DNA of 64,000 nt from Chrysomallon squamiferum. Lineage: Eukaryota; Animalia; Mollusca. The notes beneath the pieces are model-generated. The model was not told the origin of the DNA. It saw only the letters and a list, made by a program, of their open reading frames with translations, and ran no database searches. The position numbers and the translations under genes are program-made. The DNA is taken from assembly GCA_012295275.1 (NCBI GenBank), contig CM022675.1:5766001-5830000 (forward strand). The letters are read 5' to 3'. This document shows, piece after piece, positions 29,286 through 42,756 of this stretch (position 1 is the first letter of the stretch; the number at the start of each line of letters is the position of its first letter).

Positions 29286-30237
29286 CACACATTCATGTTC
29301 AAGCAGACAGAGACACAGATGTATAAATGTTTGTTTCACTGCAGTGAAGTTAGAGTCAAAGTGTGATAATGCATCTGTCTGTGATAAAACTAATGGAGGC
29401 TGTGTGAAAACAGATTCTGTGGATACATGTTACTGTAACAGTGGATATCAGCTAAATACAACTGATAACAAAACCTGTGATGGTAAGACTTTAAGTGTTG
29501 TTCTTTTATGTATATTTTATTTATTTATTTATTTATTTAAGTATTTATTTATTTATTAACTTATTTATTTATTTATATAAATTTTGTGTTTGCTTAATTT
29601 ATACTACAAACAAGTGTATATTTAAATGGAGATATAGGACTTAAACAAATGTTCTGATTTTATAATTGGGATAAGCTGGGATAGGCTTGCAACGAAAGAA
29701 ATTAATCATTAATGTATTAAGTAAGTGTTTGTTGTGTGAAGTTTGTTTTTGATACCAGTTCCATTTTCTCCAAGAATTAACATTACTAAATTAGATTATT
29801 ACTCTTAGAATACAAAGAACAGGCACAATAATCATTATTAATGTTATAAATTAAACTCTAAATTTATCTTTGTTAATTAATAATATTGTTGCTATTAAGA
29901 GTAAAATTCCAAATTTATTTTTCTTGCAAAATAATATAATTACACCAAAAATAAAAATAAATCTTATCTTTGTGACTAAATAATATTATGTTAGAACATA
30001 AAGAACATTTACTAACCATATAAAATGCCAGTGTTGTTGCAATTCTTCTTCTTCTTGTAACTATTATTATTGTCATTTTTATTATTGTTATTATTATCAT
30101 AAGCATTGTTGTTATTATACTGATAATTGTCGATGTTGTTCTTCTTCTTCTTGTAATTATTATTATTATCATTATTACTCTATTATTCTTCTTATTAAAA
30201 TCATCATTATCATTATAATCATTATTATTAGTCATTG

Positions 30238-30273
<36 letters not shown>

Positions 30274-32553
30274 TAAATTAATCATTACTCTTGGAATACA
30301 AAGAACAGGCACAATAAATCATTTTGTGTTATGAAGTAAACTCTAAATTATCTTTGTTAATAAATAATATTGTTACTATTAATAATAAAATTCTAAATTT
30401 ATTTTTAAAGAAAAATAATATTATTACATCAAGAGTAAAACTAAAACTTATCTTTGTTACTAAATAATATTATGTTACAACATAATGAACATTTACTAAC
30501 CATATAAAATGCCAGTATTTCTGCAAATCTTCTTCTTCTTCTTCTTCTTGTAACTGTTATTATTGTCATTATTATTACTGATATTATTATTATCAGTATT
30601 ACTTTTATTATTATTAATATTATTGTTATTGTTGTTGTTATTATTATTATTTTTATTATTATTATTATTAATATTATTATTATTATTATTATTATTATTT
30701 GACAGATATAAAAGAATGTTCTGCTACACAAAGTCCCTGCAGTTCTAATGGTCAGTGTATAGAAGAAGAAGGTTCATACAGATGCAACTGTAGTACAGGT
30801 TATAAACTACAAAGTGATGGTGTCACCTGTACAGGTAATACATTGTTTTTTTTACTCAGTTTGTCAATGGTAGATAATTGTTATACAGCAAAGATCGGGA
30901 GAGGAAAATAATTTTGAGCAATTAAGAAATTTCAGCAAAAGGATACACACATATACGTATTGATGAGTTTTTGGAAGACATCTTTCATTTTAAAACAGTT
31001 TATTTATTTATTTTATTTGTTTAGAATGTTATTAAAAAAATTTCTTCTTTTCTTCTTCTTCTTCTTCTTCTTCTTCTTATTGTTATCATTATTGCTATTA
31101 TTATTGTTATTATTGCTATTGTTGTTGTTAATGTTGTTATTTTTATTTTCATTATTATTACTGTTATTATTTTCAGAGTGTACAGAAGGGACATATGGAG
31201 ATGACTGTTCACAAAACTGTACTTGTTCAGTGACAAACACAGAGTCTTGTAATAAAGTCAATGGTACGTGTACATGTAAGAGTGGATGGAAGGGAGACAA
31301 CTGTGATGAGGATATTGATGAGTGTACAAAACAAAATATCAGCTGTGGAGACAATGGAAAATGCAAAAATTTGAATGGATCATACATATGTGGGTGTGAA
31401 GTAGGCTACTTCAGATCAGCAAATATCTGCAAAGGTAAATATGAAGTAATAAAACAAATCTATTAAATAAAACAAATCTGTCAGAGATAAAGTACATAGT
31501 AAATTCTACAGTGGTTCCTGTCATTTAGTCTGGGTATGAAACAGATAAACATTAATCTTTTATTACAGAACAGCTACAAAAATAACTTTACACTGAACTT
31601 TTGATCAGAGAGTAAGATGCTAGAGATGATTGATACCCACATCTTTTGATTACATGACAAATAAAATAATTCAACAAATATTTTTCTTACAGATATTCAT
31701 TTCAAAATTATGTACTACCCATTTGACTTCTCAAACACAAGGAGGCAGAGTTAAACTCTATTTAGCCTTGTTTGAAATGGTCATATCAGTTTAAAAAGAC
31801 TGTTACCACATAAAACCTTACTGCACAGTCTAAATCCATTGCTCTGTAGTGACAGCTGTGTACAACTCACAGACATTAGTACCCAGAGAGCAGATACAAC
31901 TGTACAATTCATAGACATTAGTACAGAGACAGAACAGATAAAACTATGTACAACTCATAGGCCAGGTACAGCTAAAAATAAATACGTTTGTCTGGATGTA
32001 CATTGATATGTTTTCAGTAAAATATTTAAATTATAAATATGAAGTCAATGTATTTGTGCTTTCAGTTTGTGATGACAAACACTGGGGTGTGAACTGTGCT
32101 GAGTCCTGTGTGTGTACAGTCAATGCTGTCAACTGCAGCTCAATGGATGGAAATTGTACATGTAAAGAAGGCTGGGAAGGAAAAGACTGCGGAGCTGATA
32201 TCAACGAGTGTGAGAGAAACAAAACAATCTGCAGCAGTTTTGATCATTCTGTGTGTAACAACAAAAATGGATCTTACAGCTGTGACTGTCAAACTGGTTA
32301 CAGAAAAAACAAAAATGGAACCATCTGTGAAGGTAAGAAGCTTTTATATGTATGTGTGTGTGTCAGTGTGTATGTGTATGTGTGTCAGTGTATGTGTGTG
32401 TGTGTATTTTTCTTTCTTCAATTCTATTTTAATAATGTTGCAAATGAATTCTGGGATTACTTGGTTCTGATATAAATCCAAATCAGAGGTGAAGATCTGT
32501 TGAACAGAGTGTATAATTTGGAGGGTTTTAGTTTATTGTCATTGCTGTTGTTG

Positions 32554-32591
<38 letters not shown>

Positions 32592-33372
32592 GTTATTATT
32601 AATTGTAGTAGTAGTAGTAGCAGCAAGATACTTAATAGTTGTAGTAGTGGTGGTGGAAATAATATAGCTGAAGTATGAATATTATAATTATTACTGTTAT
32701 TACTACTATCATTATAATTATCATCATCATCATAATTGTTGTTATGGTTATCATTATTATTATCACTTTGATTATCAGTACTGAAACTATTATTACTACT
32801 ACAAGAATAAGAATAATAGCAGCTACTGCTACTTTTGCTATTATTATTATTATTATCATTATTAACATTATTATTGTTATTGTTGTTGCTGTTGTTGTTG
32901 TTGTTGCAGATATAAATGAGTGTATGGAAGGTACTGGTAATTGCAGTTCACAGATATTCATTTGTTTCTGATTTCATTCGTGATGACACTGACAATTAAT
33001 TTATGGTGATTTCAGGTTGTGATAATTTATTTACTGTGTTAGTGATTTCTGTTTGTGCTAGTTAATTGACTGTGTTTGTGATTTCAGATTGTGATGACAA
33101 ACACTGGGGTGAGAACTGTGCTAACTCCTGTGTGTGTACAGTCAATGCTGTCAACTGCAGCTCGGTGGATGGAAGTTGTACGTGTAAAGAAGGCTGGGAA
33201 GGAAAAGACTGCGGAACTGATATCAACGAGTGTGAGAGAAACAAAACAGTCTGCAGCAGTTTTGATCATTCTGTGTGTAACAACAAAAATGGATCTTACA
33301 GCTGTGACTGTCAAACTGGTTACAGAAAAAACAAAGATGAAACCAACTGTGAAGGTAAGGAGCTGAAGCTTT

Positions 33373-33406
<34 letters not shown>

Positions 33407-33965
33407 AGTGTGTGATTAATTTGTTTTTCTTTCTTTAATTCTATTTTAATAATGTTGCAAATGAATTGTAGGATTACTTTGTTCTGATATTAATGCAAAT
33501 CAGAGGTGAAGATGTGATGATGCACAAACTATACAGTTTGATCATTTTTTCCATAGAGTGCATGCTGTTATTTAATTTAAATGTACAATGCCCCAAACCA
33601 GCATGCCTGACTATGAGTATATGTTTGCATTATTGTTAGTGTGTTTATACATATATACATAATCAGGTATACATATGTATATCTATATGTGCCTGTATGT
33701 GTGTGTCATTGTATGCATACTGATGTATGTATGCATATGTGTATGTATGTATATACCCATAAATATACAACACTCTTTTGCATGAATATATGTATTTATA
33801 TATACACACACAGATATATGTGATATTATTATTATTTTTATTATTATTATTATTAGTAGTAGTAGTAGCAGTAGTAGTATACTTAATAACAGTAGTTCTA
33901 GTAGTAGTAGTAGTGATAGTGATAGTGATGGTGGTAGTAGTAGTTGTATAGCTGAAGAATATTAA

Positions 33966-34005
<40 letters not shown>

Positions 34006-34356
34006 TCAGATATAAATGAGTGTATGGAAGGTACTGGCAACTGCAGTTCAAAGGTATACACTGTCTGTACAAACTCCATTGGATCTTTCACTTGTGAGTG
34101 TAAGACAGGATACTCCAGAAACACAGCTGGGGTTTGTGAAGGTAAGTCCAATAACCACTTGGATAGGTATTCTGTTTATATTTGTGTGTGCATGTCTGAG
34201 TTTATGTGTTTGAGTGTGTGTGTTTCTGTGTATTTGTTTGCATGTGTATATATGTGTGTTTGTTTCCTTAGTATGTTAGTGTGTATGTGTCTATAAGCAA
34301 GTGTGTGATTGAACGTTTTATTTTGTGTGTTGCTATAGTTAATTCAGATAGGTATT

Positions 34357-34420
<64 letters not shown>

Positions 34421-34750
34421 ATGTTGGTAAAGTTAATGTGATGACATTGGATAAATTATTATTTTAGACTCTTCAGAACTTGTACAAAATAAGCAGTGTG
34501 TATAAAATGTTAATAAATGATAATGCAGGTATCTGGAAAAAAAAGGTATTTTAAATATGTGTGTGTCCTGTTAATTTTGAGTAATCATTTCATATATGTA
34601 TATATATATATCTTTTTATAATTATTCTTATTCTGTTTTTAATACTTGTACATTTCTATCTAGAGAAAGCTGTAACATTAAGAATGGTTATACCATCCTT
34701 CTCCATGGATTTGTTATTTTTATCAAACGTTGGTCATGATAACAATTAAG

Positions 34751-34784
<34 letters not shown>

Positions 34785-35040
34785 AATAATAATAATAATA
34801 TAATCATTTCAGATATTAACGAATGTCTGACAAGCTACCACAGATGTGAACAGCAGTGTCTAAATCAAGACGGAAGTTACAAATGCTACTGCTCTTCTGG
34901 TTATGTCATAAGTCCACAAGACCCGAAGAAGTGTGATGGTATTTAAATTAATACACAATCCATTATCATGTAATATTTTTCTAGGCAGGAAGTTGTTTCT
35001 GTTTTCTCAGTTTATTTAAAGAAATTTCAAGGTGTGTATA

Positions 35041-35072
<32 letters not shown>

Positions 35073-37723
35073 GATTTGTTTTGATTAATAACTGTTTTAT
35101 TATATCGTCCTATCCTCTCTTTGACCAAGTTCACTAATCCATTCCTAATTAAGCCATAACCAAGTCCTCTGATACAGTCCTAAATAACCTGTAACCAAGT
35201 CCTCAGATGTAATCCTAATTTAACTATAACCAAGTCCTCCAATACAGTTTTAATTTAACTGTAACCAAGTCTTCTCATATAATTATAATTCAAATATAAC
35301 CGAGTCCTCTTATACAGTGGCTTATTTCAATGGAACAAAGTCCTCAGATATAGTTCTAATTTAACTGTAACCAAATCCTCTGATATGGTTCTAATTCAAT
35401 TGTAACCAAGTTCCCTAATGCAGTGTTAATTTAACTAGAATTAAGGCCTCTGATATAGTTTTAATTTAACTGTAACGAAATCCTCTGGTACAGTCCTGTT
35501 TTATCTGGAACCAAGTTCTCCGACACAGTTTTAATTTAATTGTAACCAAATCCTCTGATATATTCTAATTCAACTGGAACCAAGTCCTCTGGTGCAATCC
35601 TAATGTAACAGTAACCATGTACTCTGATTCAGTCCTAGTTTAACCAGGTTCTCTGATGCAGTCCCAATTTAACTGAAACCAATTCCTCTGATATTACTAA
35701 TTTAACTGTAGCCAAGTCCTCTGATACAGTCCTAATTTAACTGTCACCAGTTCCTCTGATAGTACTAATTTAACTGTAACCAAGTCCTCTGATACAGTTC
35801 CAACTTAACTGTAGCCAAGTCCTCTGATTCAGTCCTAATTTAACTGTAACCATGTCCTCTCAATACAGTCCTAATTTAACTGTAACCATGTCCTTCAATA
35901 CAGTTCTTCTTTAACTGGAACCAAGTCCTCCAATATAGATTTAATTTAATTGTAACCACATTCTCTGATATAGTTCTAATTCAGCTGTAACCCAGTCATC
36001 TGAAACAGTCCTAATTTAACTGTAACTAAGTCATCTGATACAGTCCTAATGTTACTGTAACCAAGTCATCTGATACAGTCCTAATGTTACTGTAATCAAG
36101 TCCTCTGATACAGTTTTAATTTAATTGTTAGCAAGTTCTTTGATACAGTTCTAATTTAACAGTCTTAATGTAGCTGTGACCAATTCCTCTGATACAGTTC
36201 CAACTTAACTGTAGCCAAGTCCTCCAATTGTCCTAATTTAACTGTAACCATGTCCTTCAATACAGTCCTAATTTAACTGGAACCAAGTCCTCCAATACAG
36301 ATTTAATTTAATTGTAACCACATTCTCTGATATAGTCTTAATTCAACTGTAACCAAGTCATCTTATACAGTTCTGATTTAACTAATGAAGTTGTCTGATA
36401 CAGTCCTAATTTAACAGTAACCAAGTCCTCTGATACTACTCATTTAACTCTAACCAAGTCCTTTGATACAGTTCTAATTTCACTGGAACCAAGTCCTGTG
36501 GTATAGTTCTAATTTAACTCTAATGACGTCCTATGGTATAGTTCTAATTTAACTGTAACCAAGTCCTCTGATGCAGTCCTAAGTTAACTGTAACCAAGTC
36601 ATCTGATACAGTTCCAATCTTAAATGTAGCCAAGTCCTCCGATTCAGTCCTAATTTAACTGTAACCATGTCCTTCAATACAGTCCTAATTTAATTGTAAC
36701 CAAATCCTCTGATGTAGTTCTAATTCAACCGTAACCAAGTCCTCTGATACAGTGCTAACTTAAATCTAATCAAAATCTCTGATACAGTTCTAATTTAACT
36801 AACCAAGTTGTCATATACAGTCCTAATTTATCTGTGACCTCTGATAGTACTAATATAACTCTAAGCGAGTCTTCTGATATCACTAATTTAACTGTATCCA
36901 AGTCATGTGATACAGTTCTAATTTAACTGTAACCAAGTCCTATGATTCAATCCTAACTTAAATGTACTCAAATCCTCTGATACAGTCCTAATTTAACTCT
37001 GACCAAGTCCTCTGATAGCACTAATTTAACTGTAACCAAGTCCTCTGATACAGTTCTAATTTAACTGTAACCAAGTCCTATGATTCAGTCCTAATTTTAC
37101 TGCAACCATCTCCTCTCATAAAATTCTAATTTAACTTACCAAGTCATCTGATACCGTCTTAATACTGCTTTAACCAAATCCTCTGATACAGTTTTAATTT
37201 AATTGTAACCAAATACTCTGATACAGTTCTAATTTAACTGTAATCACGTCTTCTGAGCTTTGTGACTGAGTAACCTGATTCATTGACAAATATTTGTAAT
37301 GTTTTTAAAATGAAAATATGTTGTGAATTAGCAGAGACTTTTATATATTTTGTTTTATAATCATACTCTTAGTGTTTGTTTTGTGTTCATTTTGTTTTTA
37401 TGTTTTTTTCTTTATTTATTTCAGAAAGAAAAAATGTAATTTTATGAAAGTAAAAGAGGCTGGAAATTATGATATATTTTATTTTACAATAGTTATTTAT
37501 TTATTTTTTTATTTCATTGTTGTTGAGCTTTTGTTTTTTATTTGTGTTTATTATTATTATTATTATTAATTTGTCAACTATTTTAGAAAAAATAAAAAGT
37601 AAAAAAGAAATAAGAACACCCCAAAAAAGAAACTGTATTTAAATAGTATAAGAATATAAAAATCTGCTAGTACATCAATTTGAAAAATATAAAACTTGCA
37701 AGGAAATTAATTGTTTTTTTTTG

Positions 37724-37762
<39 letters not shown>

Positions 37763-39792
37763 TATATGTTTAAGCATAACCTGTCTTTTAAGCGACTGAC
37801 TGAAATTTTTCTGTTATTTTCTTCTGATTTTAGCAACAAAAACAATATCTGCTGTTATAACACTTAACTACGAACTGATAAATACAGATCAAAGCTCGCC
37901 AGAGTACAAACATGACTCTGCTATGATTAAAGACCGTGTAAGTTTTTATCACATCAAAATATTTAATGATTAATGGGCAAATGAATTAAAGCATGGATTG
38001 AAGTATAAATGGATGGATGGATGGATGGATGGATAGTAAAAAGTGCCATTTGATTGTGGTCTTAACTGTTAAAAAAACTATTGTCTCTTAGTATCATTTT
38101 ATTGTTGTTTTAATAGTTAAAACTAAACATACCTGATACTATCATGTAATAGTTTTCTTCACAGTATGATCTCATAGGTGTTTTCATAGTTAAGTATGAT
38201 CTCATAGCTGTTTTCATAGTTAAGTATGATCCCTTGTTACATTTTAAAAGTCTATGTGTGAAACACTGAACAAAGAGCAAACACATTTTCAGTTTTGGTT
38301 TGACATTGGTAAAATTGAAGTAAGTTTCTTTTATGTGACTGTTTTTATTTCATTAAGACATTTTCAATAAAGATGAAATATATTTCTTGTGAAGGTTCAT
38401 AATATTTCTATTTTACTGCATATTATTATAATAATAATTATTATTATTATTATTTCTACTTCTACTAATATATATTTTTTTTTTATCTATTTATTTTATT
38501 TGCTGTATGAATGTTCAATAAAACTGAATTGTATTCCTTTATTTTTTTATTTTAGTTGACACAGTACTTCATGAAAGTTGTTGGGTTTGTTGCTGTAATT
38601 ATCAAGAGTTTGAGAAAAGGCAGCACCATTGCTGAGTATGATGTTATACTAAACCAAGATTTACCAAATTCAACAGCGTCATTCACGAAGGCTGTTTTTG
38701 ATCTACCATCAGCAAATATCACTCTGAACAAAAAGCCAGTCTCAGTTATTTCTCAACAAGTGAATGGCAAAGACAGTAAGTAATGAAATGTTTGCTGAAA
38801 TATTTTTGCAGTCAGATAGTTATAAAGAGTTCAGTTTACAGTAATGTAGCCCATTTCAAATGCCAGAGCAGTCTAGAAATGATATCAGAAATACTAAACT
38901 GTTTTGTAAAATTAAAATCTCTGAGAGAATAGGGAAAGTAAAACAGTCAGGTAATACATTAAACAAATTCATAAATAAAAAATTAAAGAAAAATTAAAAA
39001 TTAAAAAATTAAATTTAGAGGAGAAAGAAAACAAGATAATTGCTGCATTTCACAAGCAAGTTCAAAATACTGAGTTTTAAGTTAATATTTTCAGAACTTA
39101 ATATGAAAATTACCATTTTATTTGTCAGTCTAGGTTTCAACTTTATAAGCATTCACTAAATTTGACCACTTGTTCTCATCTGTCACAGCTTTTCAGTAAC
39201 TGTTGTATAATTTTTATATTATTACTTTTATTATTACTATAATTATTCTCGTCATCATCAGCATCATCATTGTCATTATTGCTAGTATTATTTTTATTAT
39301 TATTTTAAAACATGAACAGAAAACTAATTTACAACAGAAACAAATTGCTTATTATGACTTAATTTCATTCATTCATTCTTTCTTTTCTTTCTTATTTCTT
39401 TTTTCTTTAAGTCATAATTAAGTCATAATAAGCAATTTGTTTCTGTTCTAAATTAGTTTTCTGTTCATGTTTTAAAATAATAATAAAAATAATACTAGCA
39501 ATAATAACAATGATGATGATGATAATAATTATAGTAATAATAAAAGTAATAATATAAAAATTATACAAAAGTATATATATATATATATATATTTTTTTTT
39601 TTTTCTAGTAACCAAGGATACCAGTCCATGTTCATTATTTGTTGATCTGGGAGGGTGTCCAGCACTGGAAAGTTGTCAAGTTGTTAATGGTGTACCAACA
39701 TGTAGTTCCATAGATAGTAATTATAAAATTTATTATATTTCATAAGAAAACAAAGATCTGATTAGATCTATACATATATCATACTAAATCAG

Positions 39793-39854
<62 letters not shown>

Positions 39855-40581
39855 TATATGTGTTTGTGTTTGTGTGTGTATAGATCCATCTCTCAACTAT
39901 CTATCTACTTATCTGCCTATCTGTATGTCTTTCTATCTATCAATCTGTGAATACATCTGTGTCTTTATCTACCTGTCTTTATTTATCTATCTCTATCTAT
40001 TTATTTATCTATATATTTTTGCACACACAGCAAACACTACATATACTTACATTTGTTGTCTTTTTCTTGTGTTTATTTCAGATAACTTTGAGCTAGTTAT
40101 AGGACTGAGTGTTGGGATTCCACTGTTTTTCATCACAGTGGCTATTGTAGGTGTACTCGTCTACATCAGAGTCAAATCCAAGAGAAGACTGAAGGGAATC
40201 GGTGGATCCTCTTCTGATGAAGACCCTGCGTGAGTACATGATGAATGAATGTGAGAATGAATGAATGAAAGAATGAATAAATGAATGATAAAATTAAAAC
40301 TTGAATGAATGAAAAAATGGAAGAAAAAATGAATGAATGAACAAATGAACAAAAGGGTGAAGGAATGATTAAATAAATAGAAGATAGATGGAAATAATGA
40401 GTGAATGAATGAATGAATACATTGTACAATGAATAAATGAACAAGAGGAAGAAAGAAGGAAAAATTAATGAATGGATCAATGAATAAATGAATAAATAAA
40501 TGGTAGAAACAATGAATGAATGAATGAAAATGGAGGAAAGAACAGAAAGGAAGAATGAATGAATGAATGAATGAGCAAATG

Positions 40582-40621
<40 letters not shown>

Positions 40622-42715
40622 TCAACAAATGGAAGAATGACTGAAGATCCACATATCCTGCATTTTACTTCCAAGATTTATTTATTTGACTCTATCATCT
40701 GGTCTGAATTAATAAAATATATATACATTGTTAGAAACAAAAGTAGCAGCCAGATATATGAGCACATTATGACTCAAGTTGAGCAGCAGAAAAAAAGTAT
40801 TTTTATCATATTTTGTTACATGTCATGATAGGTCACCCAAAAAATAAAAAGAATTTTTGTTTGTATTGACATATTTCATGGTCTTTCGAACATGAAGAGT
40901 TTAACATTTTTTTCTTTATTTCTTTTTTCATTCATCCTTTCTTTTTCTTTCTTTTTTTTCTTAAAATCATCCAGTTTCTAGTTTTATTTTTTTATTTTAT
41001 TTTTATTTTTATTATTTATTTATTTATATTTTTTGTTTGTTAGTGGAGACTTTGACTGTTGTTAAGTTCTTACTCTAAATCAGATTGTTTTCCTTTACAA
41101 CAGGTATCACGATGAACCATTTAGAAGTATGTTTGCCTCATCCCTACCTAAACGTGGGTACTTCGGGCAAACCAACTTCATGTACCAACCTGACAAAGCT
41201 TCAAACGATTCTTGGAATACACATACCTTTGGCAAAGCAGTCGAGCATGCAGATTTCCACAACAGCTTATGGAATGACCCTGCATCAGCAACAGCAGGTA
41301 CAACGTCATGCAGTCACTGAGCTGTTGATGAATTTTTCTAGTTTGTTTATTCCTATACATATTATACTTCTTTTATATTATTATTATTATATAATTCTAG
41401 TAGTTAATTTATTTATTAATCTATTTCTTGATTGTTTGTTTATTTATTTATTCGTTTGTATTATTTATTTATATTTCTTTGGTTGTTTAGTTAGTTATTT
41501 TAATTATCATCAATGTTTGTTTACTTATTTTTTATACTGATTACAAATACTATAGCTGTAAGTGTTTATTTAATTATTGTCAAAATTATTTTAAAATCAT
41601 TTAATGAATACCATTGATTTGACAGATGCATGGAATTATAAACAGAACGTATTCTGTATATATAAGAATCAAACTTGTAGATTCAGCTAACGTACTGAGA
41701 ATGTGTGAAACTGTGTTTTTAAATCTGAGAGGGAAAAAAACAAAACAAACTTAGTAAAATAAGACCATCAGATGACTTACCTAAAATTAACTTTACATAA
41801 ATAGAGGTAAAACAAAAAAAATATATTATATTAAAAACTGCACTGCATGCATTTCAGAAAATGTGTTTTATTTATGAAACATTAAATTTACAATGATCAT
41901 GCATCATTGAAATTCAGAATAATATATGTTTTCTTTTTCTTTTTAAATCATAGCAGACAACAGCCCAAGAGAATTCTCATGGAACTTTGTGGATAAAATT
42001 CTTCCCTCTGAAACAGTAAGTATATTGTTATCAGTCAATCAAGTTGTCTGTCACTGATTGAAATACTGACAATTCATTTTAATCATTAAAGTCAAGTCAG
42101 TGATTCAAATCAGACAAAAGTAGTGATTCTGTTATTAAGAACAAAACTAATTCATGTCAGTCAACAAATCAAATTAAATTCAGCATTCTAGAGTGTTTTG
42201 TTCATATCAAGTTATTTCATGTTCACTGTAAAGATTTTCACATCTGGAAGACTTTCTGAAGGAAGCATTTTGTTCAGCTGTAAATCACTGACATTTTCAG
42301 AGACAACTACACAGTCTTAAAATTCATTGTGTAACAACATCGGTCCATTTTGTTGTTTCTTTTAATACTATTAAACTTCAGTGACTATCACAAAATGTTC
42401 CCTGTTCCATATTTGTTTTGATACTGATTTATTATTATTATTTATTTAATTATCTACATTTAATTTTTATTTTATTTTATTTTATTTTATTATTATTTTT
42501 ATTATCATTATCATTCTTATTACTATTATTATTATTAGTATTATTGTTGTTGTTGTTGTTGTTACTGCTATTGTAGTTATGTATATATGACAATTTCTAG
42601 TTTCAGTTTGAAATAAAGCGACCTAAGATTGCCATTGGAGGAGCGTTGCAGCCAAGTCAGTCTATGAAGGTAAATTGCACACACACACACAGACAGACAG
42701 ACAGACACACATACA

Positions 42716-42756
<41 letters not shown>

